A DNA stretch of 64,000 nt from Chitinophagaceae bacterium (GTDB taxonomy: Bacteria > Bacteroidota > Bacteroidia > Chitinophagales > Chitinophagaceae): assembly GCA_016715365.1 (NCBI GenBank), contig JADKAM010000012.1, positions 34,785 to 98,784 of the forward strand, read 5' to 3'. The position numbers and the translations under genes are program-made. The notes beneath the pieces were generated by a model. The model did no database searches. It saw only the letters and a list, made by a program, of their open reading frames with translations, and had not been told where the DNA came from. Below are positions 37,271 to 47,731 of this stretch, piece by piece; the first letter of the stretch is position 1; each line of letters begins with the position of its first letter.

Positions 37271-37351
37271 GGCATTGGCTTTATTATCAAATTTACATTG
37301 TATAATTTATTTCAGCAGTGGCAGCTTTAATTTGACGGTGGCTTTTGTGCT

Positions 37352-37447
37352 TAGGTGTCTGGCCACTGCAAATATTATGCAGGTTCAACATACTTCTGTT
37401 TTACAGAAGCTCAAATTGCAGGCTCTTTCTTAGTGGCCTGACACCTA
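37352..37447. repeat. REP doublet (REPIN-like) upstream of the RAYT gene
   Basis: TAGGTGTCTGGCCACT (37352-37367) and TAGTGGCCTGACACCTA (37431-37447). The last three bases are the GH20 stop codon. Confidence 0.85.
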
Positions 37448-39853
37448 CAGCACTTCAATCTCATCCACAAACAGCCACGCAGGGTTTCCCGAACCTGGAT
37501 TACCAGCGGGAATAATACCATAATTTTTTGCTTTTACTTTTAGGTAGCGGCATTTTTGTTTGTTTTCAACAGTAATAGTTTTAGTTCCCTTATCTTCTAA
37601 CGGATCAATCTTTCTTATTGTTGAAGGGAAATTTTTCAGGTCAGCTTCAGTAAAATCTACATCCGGGATATAAGTTACTTCAACCTGTGCGGGTAAGTAT
37701 ATCCAGCTTCCATTTTGTTCAAGTACATGAACGGTAACCTGGCTGATATCCATTTCGGTTTTAAGATCAATCATTGCATCCATATCGGTTCCGGCAAATC
37801 CTAAGAACTCAGATGTTTTCGACATGCCTTTTTCATTCTGCACGCCGTTAATTAAAGTAAAGGCTCCATCACCGGGGTAAGATTTGCTGGGTTGGGTTGC
37901 TAGGGTAATTTTTTTGCCGGTGGCTTTGTTTAAAAAGAAGTTCTGTGTTACGATCACTTCTTTATTTGAAGCTACATTCATTTTAGCAGTATAAGTACCC
38001 TGATGTGTTACCGGCATTTCTATATTGCCTTTTCCTTTTTGTTGCAAAAGAATCCTTAATGGCCCGGTATAGGTTGCGGTAATTTCCTGGTCCTTATTTT
38101 TGGATTCAAGCTTCCAGGTTATCAAACTGTTTTTATCTGCCGAAGGAGCTACAATGGTTTGCAGATCATAATACGCCTTGCTGTAATTAATTTTCTGTTT
38201 ATCCAGTCTTTCAAAAATAGTTGGCAATCTTCTTTCAAAACCCTTCCAGTCTCTTTTTGCTGCGGGGCTCCACAAAACCTCGCTCAGTGCTGTTATGCGG
38301 GGAAATAACATGTATTCTACTTTGCTTGGGTATTCCATATATTCGGTCCACATATTGGCTTGTGCGCCTAATACAAATTTGCCCTGTTCTGCATTCAGCT
38401 CTTTGGGGATGGGTTCGTAAGCATATACTGCTTCTAAAGCGTTATATCCACCAATAGTTACACTGTCTTCGTTCTTACTTTGTGAATGATCAAAATAAAC
38501 CGGCTTACCGGGTGTCATGATCACGGGGTGTTTTTGTTTGGCTGCCTCAATACCTCCAGATTCGCCACGCCAGCTCATCACCACTGCATTGGGTGCCAGG
38601 CCACCTTCCAGTATCTCATCCCATCCAATCATGGTTTTGCCCTTACTGTTCAGATATTTTTCAATGCGCTGCACAAACCAGCTTTGTAATTCATGTTCAT
38701 CTTTCAGGTTATTATCTTTCATTCTTTTCTGACAGGCCGGGCAAAGTTTCCAGTGGGCTTTAGGGCATTCATCTGCACCCAAATGAAAATACTTTGAAGG
38801 GAATAGGGTGTTCACTTCATCAATCACATTTTCTAAAAATGTAAAGGTGGAATCTTTACCGGCACAAAACACGTCATCAAATACGCCCCAGGTTTCCTGT
38901 ACCAGTTTTATTCTTCCTGCTTTCTGTTCCTCTATACTTTTTTGAGAGATCATCTTTGCCGGTATCTCTGTTGGCTTTGCCGGAAAACAACTGAGCCAGG
39001 GATATGCAGCGATAGCAGCACTGCTGTGGCCGGGCATTTCAATTTCCGGTATCACATCAATGTATCTTTCCTTTGCGTATTGTACCACTTCTTTAATTTC
39101 GGCCTGGGTATAAAAACCGCCGTAGGACTTATTATCGCTGCCTTTACCGGGGTAGCGGCCAATGATGGTGCCATTTCTCCAGGCGCCAATCTTTGTAAGT
39201 TCAGGATATTTTTTTATTTCAATGCGCCAGCCCTGGTCTTCGGTTAAATGCCAGTGAAAAGTGTTGAATTTATATGCAGCTAAGTAATCAATATATTTTT
39301 TTACAAAGGAGATGGGGAAGAAGTGGCGGCCAACATCGAGGTGCATGCCCCGGTATTTGAAACGGGGGTAATCTGCGATAGATGCAATTGGCATTAATAC
39401 ATGATCTCCCGATCCTGATTTTTGTACTATTTGCAGAATAGTTTGAATAGCATAGAACAAGCCTTTTGAATTATTTATATTTATATTCATATTGCCAGTA
39501 GAGCTCATAATATTGTAATATTCATCCCCCGACTCTCCTGCATATTTCTCCGGTAATAAAGTAATTACAATAGAGTTTGGTTTTATGTTCTGTTCTTTTT
39601 TTAAATCAACCGGCTCCATTTTTGATCTCAGTGATAACCCAAAAAGGGAATTTACCTGCGATATAAAATAGCTAACATCTGTTTTTAATAACTCAGAATT
39701 ATATAAGATCAATGTTGATCTGGTGATACGGAATTTATTCGTTGCATTATAATTAATGTCTGCTTTTACAGGCATCGGCACAATATTCAATTCACTTTGT
39801 CCCTTACAAACAACGCTTCCCAAAACAAATAAAAAACAAAATATTTTTTTCAT
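37445..39853 (-). CDS. Beta-N-acetylhexosaminidase, GH20
   Basis: RGMHLDVGRHF, FHWHLTEDQGWR, PEIEMPGH, HLGADE catalytic pair, LGAQANMWTEY, FPRITALSE. Confidence 0.96.
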   Translation of the reverse strand: MKKIFCFLFVLGSVVCKGQSELNIVPMPVKADINYNATNKFRITRSTLILYNSELLKTDVSYFISQVNSLFGLSLRSKMEPVDLKKEQNIKPNSIVITLLPEKYAGESGDEYYNIMSSTGNMNININNSKGLFYAIQTILQIVQKSGSGDHVLMPIASIADYPRFKYRGMHLDVGRHFFPISFVKKYIDYLAAYKFNTFHWHLTEDQGWRIEIKKYPELTKIGAWRNGTIIGRYPGKGSDNKSYGGFYTQAEIKEVVQYAKERYIDVIPEIEMPGHSSAAIAAYPWLSCFPAKPTEIPAKMISQKSIEEQKAGRIKLVQETWGVFDDVFCAGKDSTFTFLENVIDEVNTLFPSKYFHLGADECPKAHWKLCPACQKRMKDNNLKDEHELQSWFVQRIEKYLNSKGKTMIGWDEILEGGLAPNAVVMSWRGESGGIEAAKQKHPVIMTPGKPVYFDHSQSKNEDSVTIGGYNALEAVYAYEPIPKELNAEQGKFVLGAQANMWTEYMEYPSKVEYMLFPRITALSEVLWSPAAKRDWKGFERRLPTIFERLDKQKINYSKAYYDLQTIVAPSADKNSLITWKLESKNKDQEITATYTGPLRILLQQKGKGNIEMPVTHQGTYTAKMNVASNKEVIVTQNFFLNKATGKKITLATQPSKSYPGDGAFTLINGVQNEKGMSKTSEFLGFAGTDMDAMIDLKTEMDISQVTVHVLEQNGSWIYLPAQVEVTYIPDVDFTEADLKNFPSTIRKIDPLEDKGTKTITVENKQKCRYLKVKAKNYGIIPAGNPGSGNPAWLFVDEIEVL

Positions 39854-39861
39854 ATAGAATT

Positions 39862-41786
39862 TTAATTCTTTAAAATAGGTAAAATGATCTTACTCGCATT
39901 AACAGCATCCTGATAAATCTTTATCGTTGCTTTTTGAAAATCGCTGTCATCGCATTTATAAATGTCAACAAATTTCTGCGGATTTCGGTCGGCCAACGGA
40001 AACCAGCTGCTTTGTATCTGTATCATCAGCTTATGGCCTTTTTTAAACGTATGGGCCACATCAGGCAAAGTATATTTTACCTGGGTGATCTTACCCGGAG
40101 TAAAAGCTTCCGGCTTTTCAAAACTGTTGCGGTAGCGGCCCCTCATAATCTCTCCACGCACCAGCATCTGGTAGCCCCCCATGGGATATGCCTGTCCATT
40201 TCCTTTTCCCATTTCTTTTTCGTCATATTTAAATTCATCCGGAAAAACATCGATCAGTTTTACCACAAAATCAGCATCGGTGGTAGAAATGCTTACCATC
40301 AGATCAGCAACTAATGGCCCGGCCAATGTCAGGTCTTCTTTTAATATACCGGTACTAAACGAGAGTACATCCGGCCTTCGGCTTGCAAAACGTTGGTCAT
40401 CGCTCATGTACTCTCTTGTTCTTCCCAAGCCTACATCTTCGGTATAAGGCACCGGGTGTGCAGGATCGCTGATGTATTCACTATAAACCTGATCATTGTG
40501 TCCCACTTTCAGTTGTATTGGCTCAGCAATCGGTTTATCATCACCCATAATGCCAATCATATTATCACGAAGAAGAAACGCATGTCTATAATCAATATTC
40601 TTCGAAGGCCACTCATTAAATCTTCTCCACTCATTTTCGCCGGTAAAGAATACGTTTGCTTCAGCAATATCATGTACCGTGCCCCTCAGCTTTAAATAAA
40701 AATTAAAGAAAGGGAATTCAATATTTCTTTGGTAGAACTCACTTGTCTTTTTTCCAAAACGTACATTGCCTAAATAACTGCCATCACTCCGGCCACCCCA
40801 GCCGCCATGAAACCAGGGGCCCATCACCAGGCGGTTATCGGTGTTTTTACTTTTTCTTCAATGGCTTTATATAAATTCCAGGCACCAAAACAATCTTCGG
40901 CATCAAAAGTACCGCCCACAACAAGCACGGCGGGTTTTATATTGGTTACAAAATTCCTTGCATTCCTTGCCTGCCACCAGGCATCATTATCGGGATGATT
41001 CATCATGTCTGTCCAGAATGCAACACTGTCGCCCATTATTTTACTGAAGTTTTTTAATGCCCCGGTCTTTAAATAAAAATCATAATTATCCTGCGACGGA
41101 ATACGAAAACCGGGAGTCCAGTCTTTTGTAGGTTTGGGCCTGGGCAACCCAAATCCGCTGTAAAATCCAAAAGCATCCATCAGCATAAAAACGCCGTTGT
41201 GGTGAAAGTCATCGCCCTGGAACCAATCGGTAACCGGCGCCTGCGGACTCACAGCTTTCAATGCCGGGTGCCCGCTGAGTGCAGCCATGGTTGCATAAAA
41301 ACCCGGGTAAGAAATACCAAAACAACCAACACGCTTGTTGTTGGCAGGTAAATTATTTACCATCCATTCAATGGCATCGTAGGTATCGCTGGCTTCATCA
41401 ATTTCCTTTCCCTTTTTATTGGGGTTGAATGGGCGTACATCCACAAATTCACCTTCACTCATAAATTTGCCACGTACATCCTGTATGGCAATGATGTACC
41501 CTTCTCTTAAATAATTGATCCAGTAAGATTCATAAATCCGTGGATTGAATTTATCTTCTCCATAAGGCGAGCAGGTGTAAGGCGTACGGTTGAGTAAGAT
41601 GGGATGCTTTACTGTAGTGTCTTTTGGAATATAAAATGCAGTAAATAAACTGATGCCATCACGCATGGGCAGCATCTTCTCCACCTTATAATAATTTTCA
41701 CGAACCCAAAGTGAATCGCTGTTTTGGGCAGTACTATTTGTTGTAAACTGGATGACGAAAAGCAGCAGGCAGCAATATTTTTTCAT
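39862..41786 (-). pseudogene. CocE/NonD family hydrolase (S15-like) split by a single -1 frameshift
   Basis: N-half has RTPY and GISYPG (nucleophile); C-half has GPWFHG and QIQSSWFP. Restoring one A in the A5 run (plus strand T5, 40851-40855) joins them as AIEEKSKNTDNRLVMGPW. May be a sequencing error. Confidence 0.88.
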
Positions 41787-41830
41787 TTTATAATAATTTG
41801 AGTGCTAAATTTAATGAAACAATACCGTTT

Positions 41831-42310
41831 ATGAGTACAAACAGGGATGAGCTGATCAATAAATTTTATAGTTCTTTTCAAAAGCTGGATTATAACGGTA
41901 TGAACAGCTGTTATGCCGATGATATTGTTTTTTTTGACCCTGTATTTGGTTTACTAAACGGTAATGAGGCAAGAAGCATGTGGGAAATGCTTTGCAAAAA
42001 TGCCAAAGATTTTTCACTGACCTATGATAATATTCAGCACCTGGATGATGAATACAGTACCTGTGACTGGGTAGCTACTTATACTTTTTCAAAGACCGGA
42101 AAAAGGGTTGTAAATAAAATTAAAGCCAATATGCGTTTTGCTGATGGTAAGATAGCAGAGCACAGCGATGCTTTCAGCTTACATAAATGGAGCAGCCAGG
42201 CATTGGGTTTCAGCGGATGGCTGCTGGGCTGGAATTCTTTTTTTCAGCGCAAAATAAAAAATGGAGCTAAAAAGAATTTATTGCGGTTTATGGAAGCAGG
42301 AAGGAGTTAG
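41831..42310 (+). CDS. NTF2/SnoaL-like protein
   Basis: FYSSF...CYADDIVFFDPVFG, W.ATYTFSKTG..V.N, EHSDAF. Confidence 0.9.
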   Translation: MSTNRDELINKFYSSFQKLDYNGMNSCYADDIVFFDPVFGLLNGNEARSMWEMLCKNAKDFSLTYDNIQHLDDEYSTCDWVATYTFSKTGKRVVNKIKANMRFADGKIAEHSDAFSLHKWSSQALGFSGWLLGWNSFFQRKIKNGAKKNLLRFMEAGRS

Positions 42311-42356
42311 GAGTCGGGAGTCCGGAGTCCGGACTCCCGACTCAACTTCTAACTCC
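42303..42356. repeat. GGAGTCN heptamer hairpin between convergent genes
   Basis: ggagtta ggagtcg ggagtcc ggagtcc / ggactcc cgactca acttcta actcc; overlaps the NTF2 stop codon. Confidence 0.85.
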
Positions 42357-42364
42357 AGGCTACT

Positions 42365-43855
42365 TTATTCCACTGTAGATATTTTAACCGTATTGGTTGC
42401 CAAATGCAATTCAATGGGTGTACTCCCGGTGTTTATTACTACATCTCCTTTTTCTACAAAACCACGTTCCTTTAAAATATTGATCTGGTCAAAAATGATA
42501 TCATCCAGGCTTTCTTCTTCGCCATAATAAAATGCCCTTACACCCCAGCTTAAACTCAACTGAGCCAATAAAGATTTCTCCTTACTGAAAATATAGAGCG
42601 GAGCCTTGGGCCTGTAGCTGCTGAGCATAAAAGCAGTGTATCCACTTTGTGTCATACCTATTAATGCCCGTGCATTGGTATCATTTGCCAGTTTGCAGGC
42701 GCTGTAACAGATAGCATCGCTTAAAAAAGAAGGGGAGTGTGGTTGTGGCGAAAGAATATCATCACGGTTATAATCGTACACCGTTTTCTCCACCTGTAAA
42801 ATAATACGTACCATGGTTTCTACCACCTGCACCGGATATTCGCCCATGGCAGTTTCGCCGCTTAACATTACAGCATCGGCACCTTCCAACACCGCATTGG
42901 CCACATCGCTTACTTCACTGCGGTTTGGTTTGGTGCGGTCCATCATGCTTTCCATCATCTGCGTAGCCACAATTACCGGCTTGGCACGGTGCATACTTTT
43001 GCGGATGAGTTCTTTTTGAATGATGGGTACCTGCTCCACCGGAAGTTCAACACCCAGGTCGCCACGGGCCACCATTATACCATCGCTTTCAACAATAATG
43101 TCCCGGATGTTTTTCAACGCTTCGGGCATTTCTATCTTTGCAATAACTTTTATCTTGCTTTGCTTTTCTGCAATTTTACTTTTCAGTTCTACTATGTCCT
43201 GTTTTCTGCGAACGAAAGAAAGTGCTACCCAGTCTAGATTATTTTCAATAATAAATTCCAGGTCGGCATAATCTTTTTCCGTCATCGATGGCATGGTTAA
43301 TTCCGAATCGGGCAGGTTAACTCCTTTTTTGGGAAGCAGCATACCACCGATGGTAATATTAACCAGTATCTCTTTTTCATTCAGAATAGATTTAACCCTT
43401 ACTTCCATTTTACCATCATCCAGAAAAATACGTTCGCCAACTTTTGTATCCTTGGTCAGGTTTGGATACGAAACATATACTTTGTCTTTTGTGCCTATTT
43501 GTTTTTCAGTGCTGAAAATAATATCGGCACCTTCTGCCAATTCAACCATGCCATTTGTAAGCTCACCCACCCGTAATTTCGGGCCCTGCAGGTCTCCTAA
43601 AATAGCAATATTAAAGGGTTGGGATTTGTTGATGGTACGGATATGTTCAATGATCTCTTTTTTATTTTCGTAAGATCCGTGAGAGAAGTTCAGCCTGAAA
43701 ACATTTACGCCGGCTTTGGCCAGTTCGAGCAGTTTTTCAAGAGTATCACAGGCCGGTCCAACAGTTGCAACAATTTTTGTTTTTTTCTGAGAGTGCGAAA
43801 TGCCTGCTTCTTTGTCCATATTCTGATGCAGGTATTTGTCAAGATTTTTACTCAT
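42365..43855 (-). CDS. pyk: Pyruvate kinase
   Basis: KTKIVATVGPA, RLNFSHG, DLQGPKLR, IAKIE, MVARGDLGVE, ATQMMESM, MLSGETA. Confidence 0.98.
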   Translation of the reverse strand: MSKNLDKYLHQNMDKEAGISHSQKKTKIVATVGPACDTLEKLLELAKAGVNVFRLNFSHGSYENKKEIIEHIRTINKSQPFNIAILGDLQGPKLRVGELTNGMVELAEGADIIFSTEKQIGTKDKVYVSYPNLTKDTKVGERIFLDDGKMEVRVKSILNEKEILVNITIGGMLLPKKGVNLPDSELTMPSMTEKDYADLEFIIENNLDWVALSFVRRKQDIVELKSKIAEKQSKIKVIAKIEMPEALKNIRDIIVESDGIMVARGDLGVELPVEQVPIIQKELIRKSMHRAKPVIVATQMMESMMDRTKPNRSEVSDVANAVLEGADAVMLSGETAMGEYPVQVVETMVRIILQVEKTVYDYNRDDILSPQPHSPSFLSDAICYSACKLANDTNARALIGMTQSGYTAFMLSSYRPKAPLYIFSKEKSLLAQLSLSWGVRAFYYGEEESLDDIIFDQINILKERGFVEKGDVVINTGSTPIELHLATNTVKISTVE

Positions 43856-43892
43856 TTATTTGTGGGTTGATTTATTAATGCTTTTTTGTAAG

Positions 43893-43984
43893 AGTTGCAA
43901 GTCACGAGCTTCAAGGGGCAGATTTTATATCAAGGTTTTCGCCTGATTTCACTTATTGCCCCTTGTGGCTATTCCTCTTGCAGC
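43893..43984. repeat. Inverted heptamer arrays between pfkA and pyk
   Basis: agttgca agtcacg agcttca aggggca ... tgcccct tgtggct attcctc ttgcagc. Confidence 0.7.
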
Positions 43985-43990
43985 TTTCCT

Positions 43991-44974
43991 CTACGTCGCC
44001 AGTATTTTAACGATCTTCAGCCATTCTTCACTGATGCGTTGTTTTTTCTTGATGGCTTCATCAAGCGGTATGTAATTAATTTTATTATTTACAATTCCTA
44101 TAAATACATTGTTCCTGCCTTCAACCAGCGATTCTACTGCATGGTATCCCATACGGCTTGCGATCAGCCTGTCGAAACAACTGGGTGATCCGCCACGCTG
44201 AATATGGCCCAAAATACAGACCCTTACTTCCAGCAACGGCATACGTGATTTTAAAACACGGGCTACTTCATTGCCGCCACCAAATTCATCTCCTTCGGCC
44301 ACCACAATTAAATTAACCAGTTTATGCCGCCTTTCTTTTTCTTCAAGCTGGGAGATGATCTTTTCTATTTCTGTTTTACGCTCCGGTATCAGGATGTTTT
44401 CGGCGCCTGTTGCAATACCACTATGCAATGCAATATAGCCGGCATCACGGCCCATCACTTCAATCACAAATAAACGGTCGTGTGCATCGGCCGTATCACG
44501 TATTTTATCTATGGCTTCCACGGCGGTGTTTACAGCCGTATCAAAACCAATGGTAAAATCGGTGCCTGCAATATCCTTATCAATGGTACCGGGTAAACCA
44601 ATACAGGGTATATCAAATTCATTGCTGAAGATCTGTGCCCCTCGGAAACTGCCATCTCCCCCAATGATCACCAGGCCATCAATGCCATGTTTTTTTAAAT
44701 TGTCGTAGGCTTTTTTTCTGCCTTCGGGCGTAAAAAACTCTTTGCAGCGTGATGTTTTTAAAATAGTTCCGCCGCGTTGAATGATATTGGCCACGCTCCG
44801 GCTTTCCATGCGGATGATATCGTTTTCCACCATTCCGGTATATCCCCGCATGATGCCATAAACTTCCAGGCCATGATGTATTCCGGTACGTACAACTGCC
44901 CGTATACAGGCATTCATACCGGGGCTGTCGCCGCCCGATGTAAGTACTCCAATCTTTGTAACCTTCTTTTCCAT
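43991..44974 (-). CDS. pfkA: ATP-dependent 6-phosphofructokinase
   Basis: LTSGGDSPGMN, GGTILKTSR, IGGDGS, GTIDKD, EVMGRDAG, LGHIQRGG. Confidence 0.98.
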   Translation of the reverse strand: MEKKVTKIGVLTSGGDSPGMNACIRAVVRTGIHHGLEVYGIMRGYTGMVENDIIRMESRSVANIIQRGGTILKTSRCKEFFTPEGRKKAYDNLKKHGIDGLVIIGGDGSFRGAQIFSNEFDIPCIGLPGTIDKDIAGTDFTIGFDTAVNTAVEAIDKIRDTADAHDRLFVIEVMGRDAGYIALHSGIATGAENILIPERKTEIEKIISQLEEKERRHKLVNLIVVAEGDEFGGGNEVARVLKSRMPLLEVRVCILGHIQRGGSPSCFDRLIASRMGYHAVESLVEGRNNVFIGIVNNKINYIPLDEAIKKKQRISEEWLKIVKILAT

Positions 44975-44978
44975 CCGC

Positions 44979-44986
44979 CAAAAATA
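44979..44986 (-). promoter_or_regulatory. TAnnTTTG -7 box 4 nt before the pfkA ATG
   Basis: Minus strand TATTTTTG-gcgg-ATG. Confidence 0.65.
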
Positions 44987-45135
44987 AGGATTATGCCTCT
45001 ATTTTACGTGTTGAAAGTACACATTAGTATTTCGAAATATTTTATTCATTGAGGTTGAATACATTTTTAATGAACTCAAAGTAGTATTCAGAATTTCCCG
45101 GCATCAAATATCCTATCTTAGTAAAAACATTTTTT

Positions 45136-47253
45136 ATGAAATTATTGTTAACTCTTACTGCTTTACTTTCCACAGCAAATATCATGGCACAACTTACCTA
45201 CCCAACTACAAAAAAAACAGAACAGACCGATACTTACTTTGGTACAAAAGTAAGCGACCCTTACCGCTGGCTGGAGGATGATAAAAGTGAAGAGACCAGG
45301 GCGTGGGTTACCGAAGAAAATAAAGTAACTTTTGGGTACCTGGATAAGATCCCTTACCGTAAAAATTTTCAGGAATCAATTGAAAAAGTTTTTAACTACC
45401 CCAAATATTCTGCCCCGTTCCGCAATGGCGATTGGTTTTATTTTTATAAAAATAACGGGCTGCAGAACCAGTCGGTGCTCTATCGCCAAAAAGGACTGGA
45501 TGGTAAAGTGGAAGAAGTGATAGACCCGAATAAGTTAAGCAAAGAGGGAACTACCCGGATGACAGTTTTTAATTTATGTAAAGACGGAGCTTATGCCATA
45601 GTGGGTTTAAGTGAAGGTGGCAGCGACTGGCAAACTTTTTACGTACGGGATATGGCAACCGGTAAAAACCTGGAGGATAAAATTGAATGGGTGAAAGTAA
45701 GCGGTGCAGCCTGGGAAGCACATGGGTTTTATTACAGCCGTTATCCTGCGCCGGTAGAGGGTGCCAGCGCTTTGAGTGTAAAGAATGAAAATCACCAGGT
45801 GTGGTATCATAAAGTGGGTACAGCACAAAGTGCCGATAAACTTATTTATGAAGACAAAAATAATCCCCTGCGTTTTCATACTGCATCCACCAGCGAAGAT
45901 GAAAAATTCCTTTTTCTTACTTTAAGCGACCGTAGCAAAGGCCTTGATGGCAATGCGATCTACGCAATGGATCTTACAGCTAAGGAAAGAAAATTTTATC
46001 CTGTGGTACCGGATATTACGAATGACGATTACGGAATTATAGAAAATACAGCCGATCATTTTTTAATACAAACCAATGCAGCAGCACCCAACAGCAAAGT
46101 GATTGCCGTAGATATTAAAAATCCCGATCTGAAAAAAGCGATCACCATCATTGCTGAAACAAAAGAACCGCTGCAGAGCGCCGGCACCGGAGGAGGAAAA
46201 TTATTTGTTTCTTATTTAAAAGATGTTACTACCAGAACCTATGTGTACGACCTGGCAGGTAAGCAATTGGGAGAAGTTAAATATCCTGCATTGGGCAATG
46301 GCAGCGGCATGGGAGGAGACCGGGATGATAAGTTCCTGTTCTATGTTTTCACTTCCTTCACTTTTCCGCCTACTATTTATAAGTATGAAGTGGCCACCGG
46401 CAAAAGTTCAGAATTCCGTAAACCGGAAGTTGCTTTTAACCCCGATGATTATGAGACCAAACAGGTTTTTTATACATCGAAAGACGGTACAAAAATTCCG
46501 ATGTTCATCATCAGCAAAAAAGGGATTAAGAAAGACGGCAACAATGTTACTTTGTTATATGCTTACGGAGGATTCAATATAAACCTGAATCCGGGTTTTA
46601 GTGCCACGTTGTTGCCATTTTTAAATGCAGGCGGTGTATATGCACAGGCAAACCTGCGTGGTGGTGGCGAGTATGGCGAGGCCTGGCACAAGGCAGGCAT
46701 GTTGCTCAACAAACAAAATGTGTTTGATGATTTTATTGCTGCAGGTGAATACTTAATTAAAGAAAAATATACCACCAGTGCCAGGCTGGCCATACGAGGC
46801 GGCAGCAACGGTGGTTTGTTGGTAGGTGCGGTGATGAACCAGCGCCCCGACCTGTTTCGGGTGGCTATACCACAAGTGGGTGTTATGGACATGCTGCGTT
46901 TTCATAAATTCACCATTGGGTTTAACTGGATAGCTGATTACGGCAGCAGCGAAATGAATGAACAGCATTTTAAAAATCTGTTTGCTTTTTCTCCGTTGCA
47001 TAATATCAGTGCTGCAGCAAACTATCCATCTACTATGGTAACTACAGCCGATCACGACGACAGGGTAGTACCTGCACATTCGTTTAAATACATTGCAGAG
47101 TTACAGGCGAAATACAAAGGAAAGAACCCCGTGCTGATTCGCATTGATACCAACAGTGGCCATGGCGCCAGCAATACCAAAAAGAATATTGAAACTACCG
47201 CGGATATTTATTCTTTTATCTTTTACGAGATGGGAGTAACCCCGAAGTTTTAG
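45136..47253 (+). CDS. Prolyl oligopeptidase (S9A)
   Basis: DPYRWLED, YAYGGF, GGSNGGLL (Ser), DDRVVP (Asp), GHG (His); signal peptide. Confidence 0.97.
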   Translation: MKLLLTLTALLSTANIMAQLTYPTTKKTEQTDTYFGTKVSDPYRWLEDDKSEETRAWVTEENKVTFGYLDKIPYRKNFQESIEKVFNYPKYSAPFRNGDWFYFYKNNGLQNQSVLYRQKGLDGKVEEVIDPNKLSKEGTTRMTVFNLCKDGAYAIVGLSEGGSDWQTFYVRDMATGKNLEDKIEWVKVSGAAWEAHGFYYSRYPAPVEGASALSVKNENHQVWYHKVGTAQSADKLIYEDKNNPLRFHTASTSEDEKFLFLTLSDRSKGLDGNAIYAMDLTAKERKFYPVVPDITNDDYGIIENTADHFLIQTNAAAPNSKVIAVDIKNPDLKKAITIIAETKEPLQSAGTGGGKLFVSYLKDVTTRTYVYDLAGKQLGEVKYPALGNGSGMGGDRDDKFLFYVFTSFTFPPTIYKYEVATGKSSEFRKPEVAFNPDDYETKQVFYTSKDGTKIPMFIISKKGIKKDGNNVTLLYAYGGFNINLNPGFSATLLPFLNAGGVYAQANLRGGGEYGEAWHKAGMLLNKQNVFDDFIAAGEYLIKEKYTTSARLAIRGGSNGGLLVGAVMNQRPDLFRVAIPQVGVMDMLRFHKFTIGFNWIADYGSSEMNEQHFKNLFAFSPLHNISAAANYPSTMVTTADHDDRVVPAHSFKYIAELQAKYKGKNPVLIRIDTNSGHGASNTKKNIETTADIYSFIFYEMGVTPKF

Positions 47254-47287
47254 TAAACACTTTCGGTCAGAAGATATTTTTTAAGAG

Positions 47288-47321
47288 AATCCACTTTTTT
47301 GTGTTTACATAAAAGTGGATT
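47288..47321. terminator. Hairpin between convergent genes
   Basis: AATCCACTTTT...AAAAGTGGATT. Confidence 0.65.
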
Positions 47322-47326
47322 TTTAT

Positions 47327-47674
47327 TTATGGCCGTGGGTCAACCCAAATGGTTGATATGAATATGGCTTCATTCCTGAAATCAGGATGAGTGCCATCAC
47401 CACTTCCGCTAAATCCTCCGGAAGGAGCAAAAAGATACATGCAGTTTTCATCTTTTAATTCATTGTAAGCATCGCCCCAACCCGGATAATAGAGGTACAC
47501 ATCCTTCCCCTGGTATTTATAGGCATCAATCTTTAAGTACATATGGCCTCTTGGTTTTGCCAATGAACTATCTATCTGTGCCTGCATGCAGGGTGCGATG
47601 CCTGATGTGGATTCATCTTTTTTACAACTGATAAAAATCAGCAATGCGGCTGAAAAGGCAAAATATTTAAACAT
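47327..47674 (-). CDS. Small lipoprotein, DUF6970-like
   Basis: Lipobox LIFISC, Y.YQGKDVY, C...APSGGFSGSGDG motif. Confidence 0.6.
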   Translation of the reverse strand: MFKYFAFSAALLIFISCKKDESTSGIAPCMQAQIDSSLAKPRGHMYLKIDAYKYQGKDVYLYYPGWGDAYNELKDENCMYLFAPSGGFSGSGDGTHPDFRNEAIFISTIWVDPRP

Positions 47675-47731
47675 AGTCACGGGCTTTCTAATATAGACAA
47701 CTTATGTTACCCGGTTGCTGCATGAATGGAA

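Noticed and set aside
41800-41808. CIRCE half-site GAGTGCTAA
   Set aside because: The left arm TTAGCACTC is absent at the required spacing, and the flanking genes are not chaperones.
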